Made by a program: the position numbers and the translations under genes. From contig JBAJNM010000001.1 of the NCBI GenBank assembly GCA_036881865.1, forward strand, positions 22,847 to 86,846: a stretch of DNA of 64,000 bases, in the 5' to 3' direction. The notes beneath the pieces are model-generated. The model did no database searches. It was given only the letters and a program-made list of their open reading frames with translations, and was not told where the DNA came from. Of this stretch, positions 45,830 to 57,356 are shown one piece after another (position 1 is the stretch's first letter; every line of letters begins with the position of its first letter). The stretch comes from Parvularculales bacterium. GTDB taxonomy: Bacteria > Pseudomonadota > Alphaproteobacteria > JAPOUT01 > JBAJNM01.

Positions 45830-48658
45830 ATGCGTTTGTCCTGGAATGAGATTCGTATCCGTGCCGCTGCCTTTGCTAAGGATTGGGAAGGTGAGGGCTA
45901 TGAAAAGGGGCAAACGCAGCTTTTCTACCGCGACTTTTTCAAGGTCTTTGGTGTGTCCGTCCGTCGTGTCGCCAGCTTTGAAGAGCCGGTTAAGAATTTG
46001 GGCGACAGGCGCGGTTTTATCGACCTGTTCTGGAAAGGTGTCGTTCTGGTTGAACAAAAAAGCATCGGGCGGAATCTTAAGAAGGCAAAGATACAGGCGT
46101 TAGATTATTTCCCGGGTCTGAAAGATACGGATCTTCCCCGTTGCATTCTTCTCAGCGACTTCCAGAGCTTTGAGTTGTACGATCTGGAGGAAGATGACGC
46201 GCTCTCAATAACGATTGCCGACCTGCCAAAACATGTGGAAAAATTCGGTTTTATTCTTGGAGTACAGAAACGCTCATTTAAGGATCAGGATCCGGTAAAC
46301 ATTCAAGCGTCCGAACTGGTCGATAAACTACACGACGCACTTGAGGATGTCGGGTATACAGGCCATGATCTTGAGCAGTTTCTTGTCCGCACTGTTTTTT
46401 GCTTATTTGCGGACGATACCGGCATTTTCGAGCCGCGCGATATCTTTCTTGACCTTCTGGAAAACCGAACCCGCGAGGATGGTTCCGACCTTGGCGGCTG
46501 GTTATCTCAGTTGTTCCAGATACTGAATACACCTGAAGACAAACGCCCCAAGAACCTTGATTTGGATCTTGCCCGCTTTCCGTACGTGAATGGTGATTTA
46601 TTCCGTGACCCTTTGCTGATCCCGTCTTTTGATACCGTCATGCGGCGCAAGCTGATTGATGCTTGTCAATTTGATTGGTCTGGTATATCCCCTGCGATAT
46701 TCGGTTCACTTTTTCAGTCGGTGATGGATAAAGATGAACGTCGTGCACAAGGTGCACATTACACGACCGAGAAGAACATCCTCAAGGTAATCGAGCCCCT
46801 CTTTTTAACCGATCTTAGAGACGAGTTTGACCGCCTCAGGGTCCGCAAGGACAGTCGACGTCGTGTCGAATTGCAGGCATTTCATAAACGTCTGGCCGCT
46901 CTGACATTTTTTGATCCGGCCTGCGGCTGTGGCAACTTCCTGATTATTACCTATCGTGAATTGCGGGTTCTTGAGATCGATTTGATCCGCGAGCTTCGCG
47001 CTTACCGCACTAGTGAAGACCAGCAAGAGCTGGACGCCGCTGATCTGTCACTTTTGAACGTCGATCAGTTTTACGGGATTGAGATTGGCGAATTTCCCGT
47101 TCGTATCGCTGAAACCGCGCTGTGGATGATTGACCACATCATGAACAATAGGCTCAGCTTGGAGTTCGGGCAGAATTTTGTGCGTATTCCGCTCAGGAAA
47201 TCGCCGCATATTGTCCATGGTGATGCACTGGAAACAGATTGGGCCAGCGTTCTGCCGCCCTCAAAATGCAGTTTCATTTTGGGCAATCCACCTTTTAGTG
47301 GTGCGAAGCATCAAAAGGACGAGCAACGCTCACAGGTTCACGCCATTGCGGCCTTGGGCAAGTCTGGGGGTACATTGGATTATGTCACTGCGTGGTTCAT
47401 TAAGGCAGGTGAGTATGTAAAAGGCACGTCTATACACATTGGTTTCGTGTCAACTAATTCCATAACCCAAGGTGATTAGGTAGCACAGCTTTGGCCAATC
47501 CTGTTTGAGCGCTACAAGCTGGAAATTACCTTTGCCCATCGCACCTTCGTCTGGGGTTCTGATGTGCGCGGCAAGGCTCATGTGCGTGTTGTCATCATCG
47601 GGCTAACAGAATCCAAGGCTGTTCCAAAGGATCGGCGGTTGTTTTCCTATGATGACATTAACGGCGAACCCCATGAAAGTGTACACACTGCCCTATCACC
47701 CTACCTGTTCGACGCAAGCGGCTTGTTTGATTCGCACATTGCGGTACGGGAAGAGAGCCAACCTATAAATGGTTTGCCGAAATTAATTACAGGATCTCAG
47801 CCAATTGACGATGGAAATTTCATTATAGGTTCTGAAGAATACCATCCATTGAAGAAAGAAAACCCTGAGTTTGCATCTTGGTTTCGGCCGTTTATAGGTG
47901 CACGGGAATTTATTCAGGGTTCAAAACGTTATATTGTTCACCCTGCTTCAATACCACCGCAGATAGCTAAAAAATTAAACGGATTGAGCAGGCGCCTTGA
48001 GGCCGTTCGAAAATTTCGTCATGCAAGCAAGAGAATATCAACAAAAGCGATTGCCGATAGTCCAGGCGAATTCGGCGTCACAGTCATTCCAGACGAGCCA
48101 TTTCTCGCGATTCCGCAGGTGAGCAGTGAACGCCGTCAATATGCGCCTATCGGCTGAATTAATCCGCCATTAATGCCGAGTGATAAGCTCCGTGTTTTAC
48201 TCGGCGCTACAAAACCTCTATTTGGCGTCTTAACCTCGTCAATGCACATGGCTTGGATGCGCCTTGTCACAGGGCGTCTGGAAAGCCGTTACATGTATTC
48301 TGTCGGCGTGGTTTACAACACCTTTCCAATGCCACCAGTTTCTGAATTTGTTTTAGGGAAATTGGAGCCTTTGGCTCAGGCCGTGCTTGATGCCCGTGCG
48401 GCGCACCCAGATTCAACGTTAGCGGATCTGTATGATCCCGACCTGATGTCATCGGTGTTGCGTAAAGCCCATCAGGCACTTGACCGCTCCGTCGACGGTC
48501 TTTACCGCAAACAGGCCTTTTCATCGGACCGTGAAAGAGTAGAGCATCTGCTGGCGATGTATGAAAAAATGAAAGCCCCTCTGGCAGATAAGAGTGGAAA
48601 GAAGACCATTGCAAGAAAGCAGACTACTAAGAAAATCAAAACACGAGTTGATTCATGA
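45830..48658 (+). pseudogene. MmeI-like type IIL/IIG restriction-modification enzyme (nuclease + N6-adenine MTase + TRD), inactivated by two in-frame nonsense codons
   Basis: ORFs 45830-47479, 47564-48157 and 48173-48658 share one reading frame. They are separated only by TAG (47477-47479) and TGA (48155-48157). N-terminal MmeI-type nuclease region (GFIDLFWKGVVLVEQKS). MTase motif I FDPACGCGNFLI and motif IV LGNPPF. Total 943 codons. Confidence 0.8.
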
Positions 48659-48700
48659 TACTTAAACTGAATTCAATAGACGGTTTTTATGAACTGTGGA

Positions 48701-49414
48701 TTAACGCATATGCGTATTGAAAAAATCTGCGGTACGATTGTTGGCGAGTTTAGCTGCAGCTTCATCAAAATGAGCCCCGCCCTGCCGTGCAAAGGCGTGG
48801 TCCTGGCCCTCGTAAACATGAATACTGGTGTGAGTATTTTTATCTAACCCGGCGCGTATCTGAGCCTGAGCCTCCGGAGGCACGAATTCATCTTTGGAAG
48901 CTATATGGAGCATAAGGGGATTTTTTATCTGCACTGCTTCTGTTAAATAGTTTTGAATGTTGACACCGTAATATCCAACACTGGTATTGATATCGGTGCG
49001 ACAGGCTGTAAGGTATGCCAGAAGTCCTCCCAGACAATAGCCCACTGCGCCAACTTTGCCTGTGCAACTATCAAGACTGCGCAGATGACTTATAGTATCG
49101 GCGATATCATCAACACCACCATCTACATCAAAACGTCCGAACAGGTCAAAGGCTTGCTGCCAGTCTTGCTCGTTTTGATCTGTGAGTTCAATGTCGGGTT
49201 CAAGCCGCCAGAATAAATCCGGACAAAGGGCTGTGAAACCTGCGCCGGCAAGATTATCGGCAATGCCACGTATGACGGCATTAACGCCGAATATTTCCTG
49301 AATAACAACAATACCAGGACCTCGTCCGCTGTCCGGTGTTGCCAGATAGCCGCTAAACGAACCGGCACGACCTTTGATAGTTATAGATGTTCCGCTCATA
49401 GGTGAATCCTTCAT
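48701..49414 (-). CDS. dienelactone hydrolase family protein
   Basis: DLH fold with nucleophile elbow GYCLGG. Start placed at the internal MKDSPMSG; the track ORF extends to 49576. Confidence 0.8.
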   Translation of the reverse strand: MKDSPMSGTSITIKGRAGSFSGYLATPDSGRGPGIVVIQEIFGVNAVIRGIADNLAGAGFTALCPDLFWRLEPDIELTDQNEQDWQQAFDLFGRFDVDGGVDDIADTISHLRSLDSCTGKVGAVGYCLGGLLAYLTACRTDINTSVGYYGVNIQNYLTEAVQIKNPLMLHIASKDEFVPPEAQAQIRAGLDKNTHTSIHVYEGQDHAFARQGGAHFDEAAAKLANNRTADFFNTHMR

Positions 49415-49457
49415 ATTTTGTGTTGCCAGATGAGTTTGGCGGGGGAAAGAGGCCTCG

Positions 49458-51494
49458 TCAAGAGCGGGGTCTGAGCGCCTGTATGATAGCCTCCGGCGTC
49501 TTAAGACGAGGCGTACACATCTGGCCACGGCAGATAATAACCCCGGCAGGGGAGGTGGAGTCATAACGCACAACATGAGCCGGTGGTGCGGCCTTTAGAG
49601 CAACCGCATGTAAAGATTGCGCGACCTTTCCTCCACACAAAGTTATCTCTACGGCGTTGAACAGTTGGTCCATACCGTTAAGAAAGCCCGCCATGGCAAA
49701 AGCATTGTTGGCAGAATCTCCTGAAAATGCCCGTGTGTGAGTTTCTGTCCGTGCTTGCCAGTCTGCCTCGTCATCAAGGGAGTTAAGACGTGCAAAAACA
49801 TCTACCATCACCCCATTGGCGGCCGGGGTAGCATTATCGTGGGTTGGACGGGTGTGCACAATGAGGGCTTCGGCATCGGAGGCGGTATAAAAATAACCTC
49901 CCCGTTCTTTGTCCCGATAGTAATGATCAAACAGAGTAAGCCAATCTGTTGCCGTGGCGAGATATTTATTGTCTCCGGTGGTCTCAAACAGCATAAGAGC
50001 AGCGCGTATCATGTTGGCGTAATCATCGGAGACTGCAAGCCCGCCGCATTTTCCAGCACACCATGAGTGATGCAACCGTCCATCTTGCATCATAGCATTG
50101 ACCACAAAGTCAAAAGCCTTGAGAGCGGCGTCAAGCCAGTCCGGCCTGTTGAAAGTAAGACCCGCCTGCGCCAAGGCCTGGATGGCAAGACCGTTCCAGT
50201 CAGCCAGCACTTTGTCGTCTAAAGCAGGGGCTATGCGTTGAGCGCGGACAGCAAACAAACGAGCGTGGGCTTCAGAAAACCGGCTTTCTGTTTCCTCTGC
50301 GAGTTCTGTGTCTTTTTTTGGGGATGTGTTGATGTCTAAGCGGTTTAGAATGTTGACATTTTCCCAATTGCCCTGGGGAGTTATGTCATAGGCCTTGCAA
50401 AAATCCTCTGCATCTACCCCTAAAACCGAGAGTACCTCGTCATAGGACCACGTATAAAACCTACCTTCACCTCCATTGCTGTCCGCATCAAGAGAGGCTG
50501 CAAACGCTCTCCCCGGCAGAGTCATCTCGCGTATCATCCAGTCTATAGTTTCACTAACCTGTAGCCGATAATGTTCCCTACCGGTGGTGCGCCACACTGT
50601 GGTGAGGAGAGAGACCAACAGAGCATTGTCGTAAAGCATTTTTTCAAAATGAGAGGCTAACCACCTCCTCGTCCGTTGAATAACGTGCAAACCCTCCCCC
50701 TAAATGATCATAAATACCGCCTGCACACATACCATCCAGAGCTCGCGTGACGGCATTTTGAAGATCTGTATCATTTGTGCGCACTCCAACCCGCCATATG
50801 AGTTCTAAAATCATCGGTTGAGGAAACTTGGGTGCTCCTTTAACGCCACCATGAACAGGATCCATGATGGTAAGCAAACGCTGCGCTGCTTTATCAGGTA
50901 GGTCTTGCATGGGTTCTACAAGAGGGGGTGCACTTTCTTTAAGACGGGAGAGATGGTGCAACAGGATAGCGTAATTTTTCTCTATTTTTCCGGAGCTTCC
51001 CTATAAAGACGGGCAATCTCCTCCAGTAAATTAACAAAACCGGGCCGTCCATAGCGAGGTGTTTTCGGAAAATATGTACCTCCGAAAAATGGCTCTCCCT
51101 TTGAGGTGAGAAACATGGTCAAAGGCCAACCACCCTGCTCTCCCAAACCATGAAGGGCGCTCATGTATATGCTATCAATGTCGGGACGCTCTTCACGGTC
51201 CACTTTTATATTGATGAAATGGCAGTTCATAACATCGGCAACGGAAGTGTCTTCAAAACTTTCATGCGCCATAATGTGATACCAATGACAGGCCGCATAA
51301 CCTACAGAAAGTAAAATGGGTTTATTGTCCGCTTGCGCTGCTGCAAGGGCATCAACCCCCCAAGGCCGCCAATGAACAGGGTTATCTTTATGCTGCCGCA
51401 GATAGGGACTGGTTTCTTGTTCTAAAAGATTGCTTGCCGTGTGGGTCATGATAGGTTCAGCGTTCATTTGACCGTATGCTGTTGTCGGATGCAA
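49458..51494 (-). pseudogene. DUF255 thioredoxin-domain protein (YyaL/SPATA20-like) split by two compensating frameshifts
   Basis: Homology continues across three ORFs (50982-51494, 50644-50961, 49458-50690) in frames 0, +1, 0. Breaks lie at an A5 run near 50975 and at GAGGAGG near 50665. Confidence 0.7.
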
Positions 51495-51508
51495 TCCTGT
51501 TATGATAA

Positions 51509-52843
51509 ATGAATAAAACCTCTACCATTGTCGCTTTGTCCACACCTCCTGGCCAGGGAGGAATTGCAGTGGTACGCCTGTCCGGTCCTCAAAGCGGAGC
51601 AGCCATTGAAGCCTTGACCGGCAAATCTCCTGCAGAGCCGCGCCGTGCGGTGTTGCGGTCTTTATATGATGATGCGGGTGCACTACTGGATAAAGGATTA
51701 GTGCTGTTTTTTTCTGCCCCTGCCAGCGCTACAGGCGAGGACATGGCCGAGTTTCATGTCCATGGGGGGCCGGCGGTTGTAGCGGGAGTTTTGGAAAGTC
51801 TTACAGGGTTATCGGGTATTGATCTTGCAGAGCCGGGGGATTTTACGCGCCGCGCTTTTGAAGCCGGTCGCTTGGATTTAACGGCGGTGGAAGGATTGGC
51901 AGATCTGATAGCCGCTGATACAAAAGCTCAGCATCGTCAGGCGGTGCGTCAGATGAACGGCGCACTGGCACATTTGTGTGATGGCTGGCGGGATCAGTTG
52001 GTGAAGGCGTTGGCGTATCTGGAGGCGGAGATCGATTTTCCTGATGAGGATTTACCGGAGGCTTTGTCAGCTGAAGTTGTATCTCCCTTAATGGCGGTAG
52101 TAGAAGATATGGAGCGTACGTTGAACCGTGTTGGAGGCGAGCGCATCCGTGAGGGTGTTCAGGTAGCCATCATAGGTCCACCCAATGTTGGTAAGTCTAG
52201 CCTTCTTAATGCATTAGCGCGGCGTGAAGCAGCGATTGTGGCGGACGAATCAGGCACCACGCGGGATGTTATAGAAGTTGCTCTTGATCTTGGGGGCATG
52301 CCGGTTGTGTTGTTTGATACGGCGGGCTTGCGGGAGGTTGAAGAGGGTGTGGAGGCGGAAGGTGTGCGACGGGCGCGCGTTAGGGCAGATCAGGCGGATA
52401 TACGCCTTATCATGGTGTCGGTGGAAACATCAGTAGAGGATGCGCGGGATGTTCTTGCTTTGCGCCGTTCTGGTGATGTGGTTGTTGTGAACAAACAGGA
52501 TTTGGGGAGGCACAACACTATAGAAGGAGCTTATCCGTTATCTGTTTTAACAAGTCAAGGTTTAGAGATGTTAGAAGAGGTATTGGTGCAAGCGGTTACA
52601 GAGCTGGCAGGTGAAGGGGAGGGTACTGTGGTGACGCGGTTGCGTCATCGGGAGGCGCTGGGGGCGGCACATAGAGCATGCGCACGGGCGCTTGAGGTTT
52701 TGTCATCGGGAGGTAGCGCCAAAGTAGAACTGGCAGCAGAGGATGTACGGCTTGGTGTGCGGGCGTTGGGCCGTCTTGTGGGTCGGGTAGATGTGGATGA
52801 TATTTTAGACGTTATTTTTCGCGATTTTTGCATCGGCAAGTAA
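51509..52843 (+). CDS. mnmE: tRNA modification GTPase MnmE
   Basis: G-domain (GPPNVGKSSLLN) and the C-terminal CIGK tetrapeptide. Confidence 0.95.
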   Translation: MNKTSTIVALSTPPGQGGIAVVRLSGPQSGAAIEALTGKSPAEPRRAVLRSLYDDAGALLDKGLVLFFSAPASATGEDMAEFHVHGGPAVVAGVLESLTGLSGIDLAEPGDFTRRAFEAGRLDLTAVEGLADLIAADTKAQHRQAVRQMNGALAHLCDGWRDQLVKALAYLEAEIDFPDEDLPEALSAEVVSPLMAVVEDMERTLNRVGGERIREGVQVAIIGPPNVGKSSLLNALARREAAIVADESGTTRDVIEVALDLGGMPVVLFDTAGLREVEEGVEAEGVRRARVRADQADIRLIMVSVETSVEDARDVLALRRSGDVVVVNKQDLGRHNTIEGAYPLSVLTSQGLEMLEEVLVQAVTELAGEGEGTVVTRLRHREALGAAHRACARALEVLSSGGSAKVELAAEDVRLGVRALGRLVGRVDVDDILDVIFRDFCIGK

Positions 52844-52892
52844 TCGCCGAACTGTTTTTGACGTATTCCATGGCTTCCGCTAAAGAATACTT

Positions 52893-54794
52893 GTGGATGC
52901 ACGGGCACATAATAACACTCCGAAGCGGCGTTTTGATGTTATCGTCGTTGGCGCGGGCCATGCAGGATGCGAGGCTGCTGCTGCTGCCGCCCGCATGGGT
53001 GCTGATACGTTGCTCGTAACCCATAAGTGGGAAACTATTGGAGAAATGTCTTGTAATCCGGCCATAGGAGGGTTGGGTAAGGGACATCTGGTGCGGGAAA
53101 TTGATGCGCTGGATGGTTTGATGGGGCGTGTTGCCGATGCGGCAGGTATTCAGTTTAGGCTTTTGAATCGTAGTAGGGGGCCAGCGGTGCGTGGGCCCCG
53201 GGCGCAGGCTGACCGTGCTTTATATAAGCATGCCATGCAGGAGACGCTGGCGACAGTGTCGGGGCTCAGCATTCATGTGGGTGGGGTGGAAGATATTATA
53301 AGAGAAGGCTCGCCGGACACAGAAGAACATGTGGCGGGAGTTGTGCTGGTAGATGGAACACGGCTTTTTGCCGGCGCTGTAGTTTTGACCACGGGCACAT
53401 TTTTGAGAGGTATGATTCACATCGGTTCGGAGCGTATTCCTGCCGGTCGAGTGGGAGACGCACCGGCGGTTGGATTGGCGCGTACTCTTGAAGAGCTGGG
53501 GTTTCCTTTGGGACGGTTGAAAACCGGTACCCCGCCTCGTCTAGTGGCAGGCTCTCTTGATTTTGACCGTCTTAAAGTACAACAGGGGGATAAGAAACCT
53601 ATGCCGTTTTCTTTTATGACAACGGAAATTACAACCCCTCAGACGGTATGTCATATTACGGAAACAACACCACAAACCCATGAAATCATTATAAAAAATA
53701 TAAAAAAATCGGCTCTTCATGCAGGCCAGATTGGAGGTCCGGGGCCACGCTATTGCCCGTCCATTGAAGATAAGGTGGTGCGGTTTTCTACCCGCGATGA
53801 ACATCAGATTTTTCTTGAGCCGGAGGGGTTAGATGATGACACCATATATCCCAATGGTATTTCCACATCTCTTCCGGCGGCAGTTCAAGAGGCTTTTGTG
53901 CGGACTATTCCCGGTCTTGAGAAAGCGGTCGTGCGACGTCCGGGTTATGCTATTGATTATGATTACGTAGATCCGCGCTCTTTATACAGAACGCTGGAAA
54001 CGAAGCGTCTACGAGGGTTGTTTTTGGCAGGACAGATTAACGGCACAACAGGCTATGAAGAAGCCGCTGCTCAAGGATTATTGGCGGGGGCCAATGCGTC
54101 CACGGTGGCAGGAGGCAGCGGCCATGGTGAGGGGCTGATTATTTCCCGCGCCGACGCTTACTTGGGGGTATTGGTGGATGATTTGGTCACCCGTGGGGTT
54201 TCTGAGCCGTATCGGATGTTTACCTCACGGGCTGAATATCGCCTGACGTTGCGGGCAGATAATGCCGATCAGCGGCTAACACCTTTAGGGATATCCCATG
54301 GCTTGGTGGGACCGGAGCGCGCCGCTCATTTTTCCGCTAAAATGGGTGTTTTGGAACAAGCGCAACAGACTCTGGAAGCGTTATCATTGACCCCTGATGA
54401 AGCGAGTCGTTATGGATTGGTTATCAATCAGGATGGTCGGCGGCGGGGAGGTTTGGCGTTGTTGGCGTATCCGGAGGTAACGGTAGCGCGTCTGGCGAAA
54501 ATTTGGCCTCAGTTGGAGATTATTCCGGTGGCCATTGCGACCCAATTGGAGTGTGAGGCGTGTTATTCCGGCTATTTGGAAAGGCAAGTAGCAGATATTC
54601 GGGCTTTTCGGCGGGATGAGGCGTTAAATCTGTCGCCAAAATTGAATTATGACCAGATTCCGGGTTTATCTTCTGAGGCTCGACAAAAACTGGCAACTAT
54701 ACGGCCGGTGACTTTGGGACAGGCGGCTCGTATTGAGGGAGTAACACCTGCCGCGCTAACAGCGCTTTTGGCCCATGTTAAAAAGCGGGCGTGA
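52893..54794 (+). CDS. mnmG: tRNA uridine 5-carboxymethylaminomethyl modification enzyme MnmG (GidA)
   Basis: [19 protein letters not shown] motif. 633 aa. Confidence 0.95.
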   Translation: MDARAHNNTPKRRFDVIVVGAGHAGCEAAAAAARMGADTLLVTHKWETIGEMSCNPAIGGLGKGHLVREIDALDGLMGRVADAAGIQFRLLNRSRGPAVRGPRAQADRALYKHAMQETLATVSGLSIHVGGVEDIIREGSPDTEEHVAGVVLVDGTRLFAGAVVLTTGTFLRGMIHIGSERIPAGRVGDAPAVGLARTLEELGFPLGRLKTGTPPRLVAGSLDFDRLKVQQGDKKPMPFSFMTTEITTPQTVCHITETTPQTHEIIIKNIKKSALHAGQIGGPGPRYCPSIEDKVVRFSTRDEHQIFLEPEGLDDDTIYPNGISTSLPAAVQEAFVRTIPGLEKAVVRRPGYAIDYDYVDPRSLYRTLETKRLRGLFLAGQINGTTGYEEAAAQGLLAGANASTVAGGSGHGEGLIISRADAYLGVLVDDLVTRGVSEPYRMFTSRAEYRLTLRADNADQRLTPLGISHGLVGPERAAHFSAKMGVLEQAQQTLEALSLTPDEASRYGLVINQDGRRRGGLALLAYPEVTVARLAKIWPQLEIIPVAIATQLECEACYSGYLERQVADIRAFRRDEALNLSPKLNYDQIPGLSSEARQKLATIRPVTLGQAARIEGVTPAALTALLAHVKKRA

Positions 54795-55479
54795 TTTTGG
54801 GCCGCTTGATTTTCAGCGCGCCACGGATGTTTCACATGAAACAATGGCGCGTCTTGCTTGCTATATTGATCTTTTAAAGCGCTGGAATCAGCATATAAAC
54901 CTTGTCTCTCCCCAAAGTATAACTTCTTTGTGGTGGCGGCATATGTTGGATTCCGCCCAGCTGTTTCCACTGGCATCGCCAGAGGCCCGTCACTGGTTAG
55001 ATGTGGGAAGCGGCGGAGGCTTTCCGGCTATGGTGCTGGCCATTATGGCTATGGAGCGTATCCATGAGGCAACAATCTTGCCCTTTTCTTTTGCCCTTGT
55101 GGAAAGTGATAACCGTAAAGCCGCTTTTTTGCGGGAAGTCACCCGCCAGACCGGCGCGCCGGCAAAGATTTATGCTGATCGGGTTGAAAATCTGGAATCC
55201 ATAGACATCTTCGAAGAAGGAGTAGATGTAGTGACAGCACGTGCTTGCGCTCCCCTGCCCCGGCTTTTAGAATGGGTGCTGCCTTTTTTTGGGGAAAATA
55301 CAGTGGGGGTTTTTCCTGTAGGTCAATATATAGTAGATATAAAAAACCAATCTACTATATATAGTACGAACAAGGTGCAATTTACCATAGAACACCTAAC
55401 GAGTCGCACGGATCCATCATCAACAATCCTGAAAATCCGTCGCATTCTTACACCGTTAAGGCGTAACCTCAAAGTGTAA
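54775..55479 (+). CDS. rsmG: 16S rRNA (guanine527-N7)-methyltransferase RsmG (GidB)
   Basis: [13 protein letters not shown]...[12 protein letters not shown] motif. Confidence 0.87.
   Translation: MLKSGRDFGPLDFQRATDVSHETMARLACYIDLLKRWNQHINLVSPQSITSLWWRHMLDSAQLFPLASPEARHWLDVGSGGGFPAMVLAIMAMERIHEATILPFSFALVESDNRKAAFLREVTRQTGAPAKIYADRVENLESIDIFEEGVDVVTARACAPLPRLLEWVLPFFGENTVGVFPVGQYIVDIKNQSTIYSTNKVQFTIEHLTSRTDPSSTILKIRRILTPLRRNLKV
54818..54833. promoter_or_regulatory. parS-like centromere site inside the rsmG 5' end
   Basis: TGTTTCACATGAAACA, one mismatch from the TGTTTCACGTGAAACA consensus. Lies 650 bp upstream of parA. Confidence 0.5.
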
Positions 55480-55482
55480 ATC

Positions 55483-56286
55483 ATGACAGATGCCCCCCGA
55501 AAACTCGTGTTAGCCAACCAAAAAGGTGGTGTTGGTAAAACTACCGTGGCTATTAATCTAGGAACGGCACTAGCCTCTATCGGTAAAAAAGTTCTGCTAT
55601 TGGACCTTGACCCTCAAGGCAATGCCAGCACAGGCCTTGGCGTTAATCCGCAACAACGGAGGCTCTCGTCTTATGAGTTGTTAACGGAGGATATACGCCT
55701 TAAAGAGGTTATACTGTCAACCGCCGTCTCAGGTCTGGATTTGATACCCGCAAGTCTTGATTTATTAGGGGTGGAACTGGAACTGGCCGAAGCTCCACAT
55801 CGTGCTCATCGATTGGCTTCGGCGCTAACGGAGAATCGTGCTGCTGTAGACTTTTATGATTATATTTTTATGGACTGCCCCCCTTCTCTTAACCTTTTGA
55901 CCATAAATGCTATGACCGCCAGTGATGCTATTTTGGTACCGCTACAAAGTGAGTTTTTTGCGCTGGAGGGGTTAAGTCAACTTCTGAGCACCGTTGAGCA
56001 GGTGCGTAGTAATTTGAATGAACGTCTTACCATTCAGGGTATTGTACTAACTATGTATGATCAGCGTAATAATTTGTGCGAACAAGTGGCGACGGATGTC
56101 CGTCAGGTCTTGGGAGATAAAGTGTATGACACAATAATTCCTCGCAATGTCCGCATATCGGAGGCCCCGTCTCATGGGATGCCGGTTTTGGTGTACGACC
56201 ACCAGTGTGCCGGAAGTCGTTCCTTTATGAAATTGGCTGCCGAACTCATGATGCGCGAGGAAAACGCGCATCATGAAAAGGGATAA
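55483..56286 (+). CDS. parA: chromosome partitioning ATPase ParA
   Basis: Deviant Walker A KGGVGKTT. Confidence 0.93.
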   Translation: MTDAPRKLVLANQKGGVGKTTVAINLGTALASIGKKVLLLDLDPQGNASTGLGVNPQQRRLSSYELLTEDIRLKEVILSTAVSGLDLIPASLDLLGVELELAEAPHRAHRLASALTENRAAVDFYDYIFMDCPPSLNLLTINAMTASDAILVPLQSEFFALEGLSQLLSTVEQVRSNLNERLTIQGIVLTMYDQRNNLCEQVATDVRQVLGDKVYDTIIPRNVRISEAPSHGMPVLVYDHQCAGSRSFMKLAAELMMREENAHHEKG

Positions 56287-57257
56287 TGATGGCAAAAAAA
56301 ACGGATAATGAGTCTGCAAACACGGATACGTCCAGTTCAACCTCTATCTTGGGCCGGGGCCAAGAACGCGGGTTGGGACGCGGGCTGGCCTCTCTGATTG
56401 GTGCAAATAAAGAACAGCTGCCCCACGCTACCGCCTCCGGTTCGGGTGTGAGAACAGTACCGGTAGCGTGGCTTTATCCCTCCACTTTGCAACCACGCCG
56501 CCACATGACTGACGATGCACTAGCGGCTTTGGCGCAATCTATTCAGGAGCATGGTGTGGTGCAGCCCATTGTGGTGCGACCACACCCCTCTATAGAAGAG
56601 CGCTATGAAATCATTGCCGGTGAACGGCGCTGGAGGGCGGCTCAAAAAATTCAGCGTCATGAAGTGCCGGTGGTCATCCGCGAAATGGATGATGAGGAAG
56701 CTTTTGAGGTCGCGGTTGTTGAGAATGTCCAAAGGGCCGACTTGGATGCTGTTGAAGAGGCATTGGCCTACCGAAAAATGGTGGATGAGTTTAAGCACTC
56801 TCAGGAACAAGTGGCAAAAATTATCGGCAAAAGCCGCGCTCATATAGCTAACATGATACGCTTATTAACATTGCCGGCGGAGGTGCAGGAAATGCTCATT
56901 GAAGGAGTGCTGACAGCCGGTCACGCCCGTGCTTTGGTGGGAGTCTCTGACGCGGTTAATCTGGCCCGACAAATTGTCTCCCAAGGCCTATCGGTTCGGG
57001 CGGTAGAACGTCTTGTAGCCAAACGCCGTGCAGATAAAACCAAGGACAAAAATAAACCTGCTGCCACAACCCACACTGCAAAAGGGAGCGAGGCCGATAT
57101 ACAGCAGCTAGAGCGTTCTCTTTCCCTTGCGTTGGGCTTATCTGTTTCCCTGACCCATAACAGTGAGACCGGTAGCGGTGCAGTGCGTATTATCTGGCGC
57201 ACAACAGAACAGTTTGATGCTCTCCATTCTCGCCTTATGAGCCCGCCCTCTACCTAA
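56286..57257 (+). CDS. parB: chromosome partitioning protein ParB
   Basis: ParB box GERRWRAA plus HTH. Confidence 0.93.
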   Translation: MMAKKTDNESANTDTSSSTSILGRGQERGLGRGLASLIGANKEQLPHATASGSGVRTVPVAWLYPSTLQPRRHMTDDALAALAQSIQEHGVVQPIVVRPHPSIEERYEIIAGERRWRAAQKIQRHEVPVVIREMDDEEAFEVAVVENVQRADLDAVEEALAYRKMVDEFKHSQEQVAKIIGKSRAHIANMIRLLTLPAEVQEMLIEGVLTAGHARALVGVSDAVNLARQIVSQGLSVRAVERLVAKRRADKTKDKNKPAATTHTAKGSEADIQQLERSLSLALGLSVSLTHNSETGSGAVRIIWRTTEQFDALHSRLMSPPST

Positions 57258-57262
57258 GTCGG

Positions 57263-57285
57263 TGTTGCCAGCCTTGCGGCAACAC
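57263..57285 (+). terminator. possible hairpin after parB
   Basis: GTGTTGCC-agccttgc-GGCAACAC. Weak T-tract. Confidence 0.25.
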
Positions 57286-57356
57286 AATATACTTAAAACA
57301 ACATTAAATGATTTTCTCGTCTTCCCTTCATTAATAACCGTTGATCTTCTGTAATT

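Noticed and set aside
48155-48157. Possibility that TGA is read as Trp (Hodgkinia-like recoding), which would make the MmeI-like gene intact
   Set aside because: Other genes in the window end at TGA at their conserved C-termini, for example mnmG ...KKRA-TGA. The second lesion is TAG. The standard code applies.
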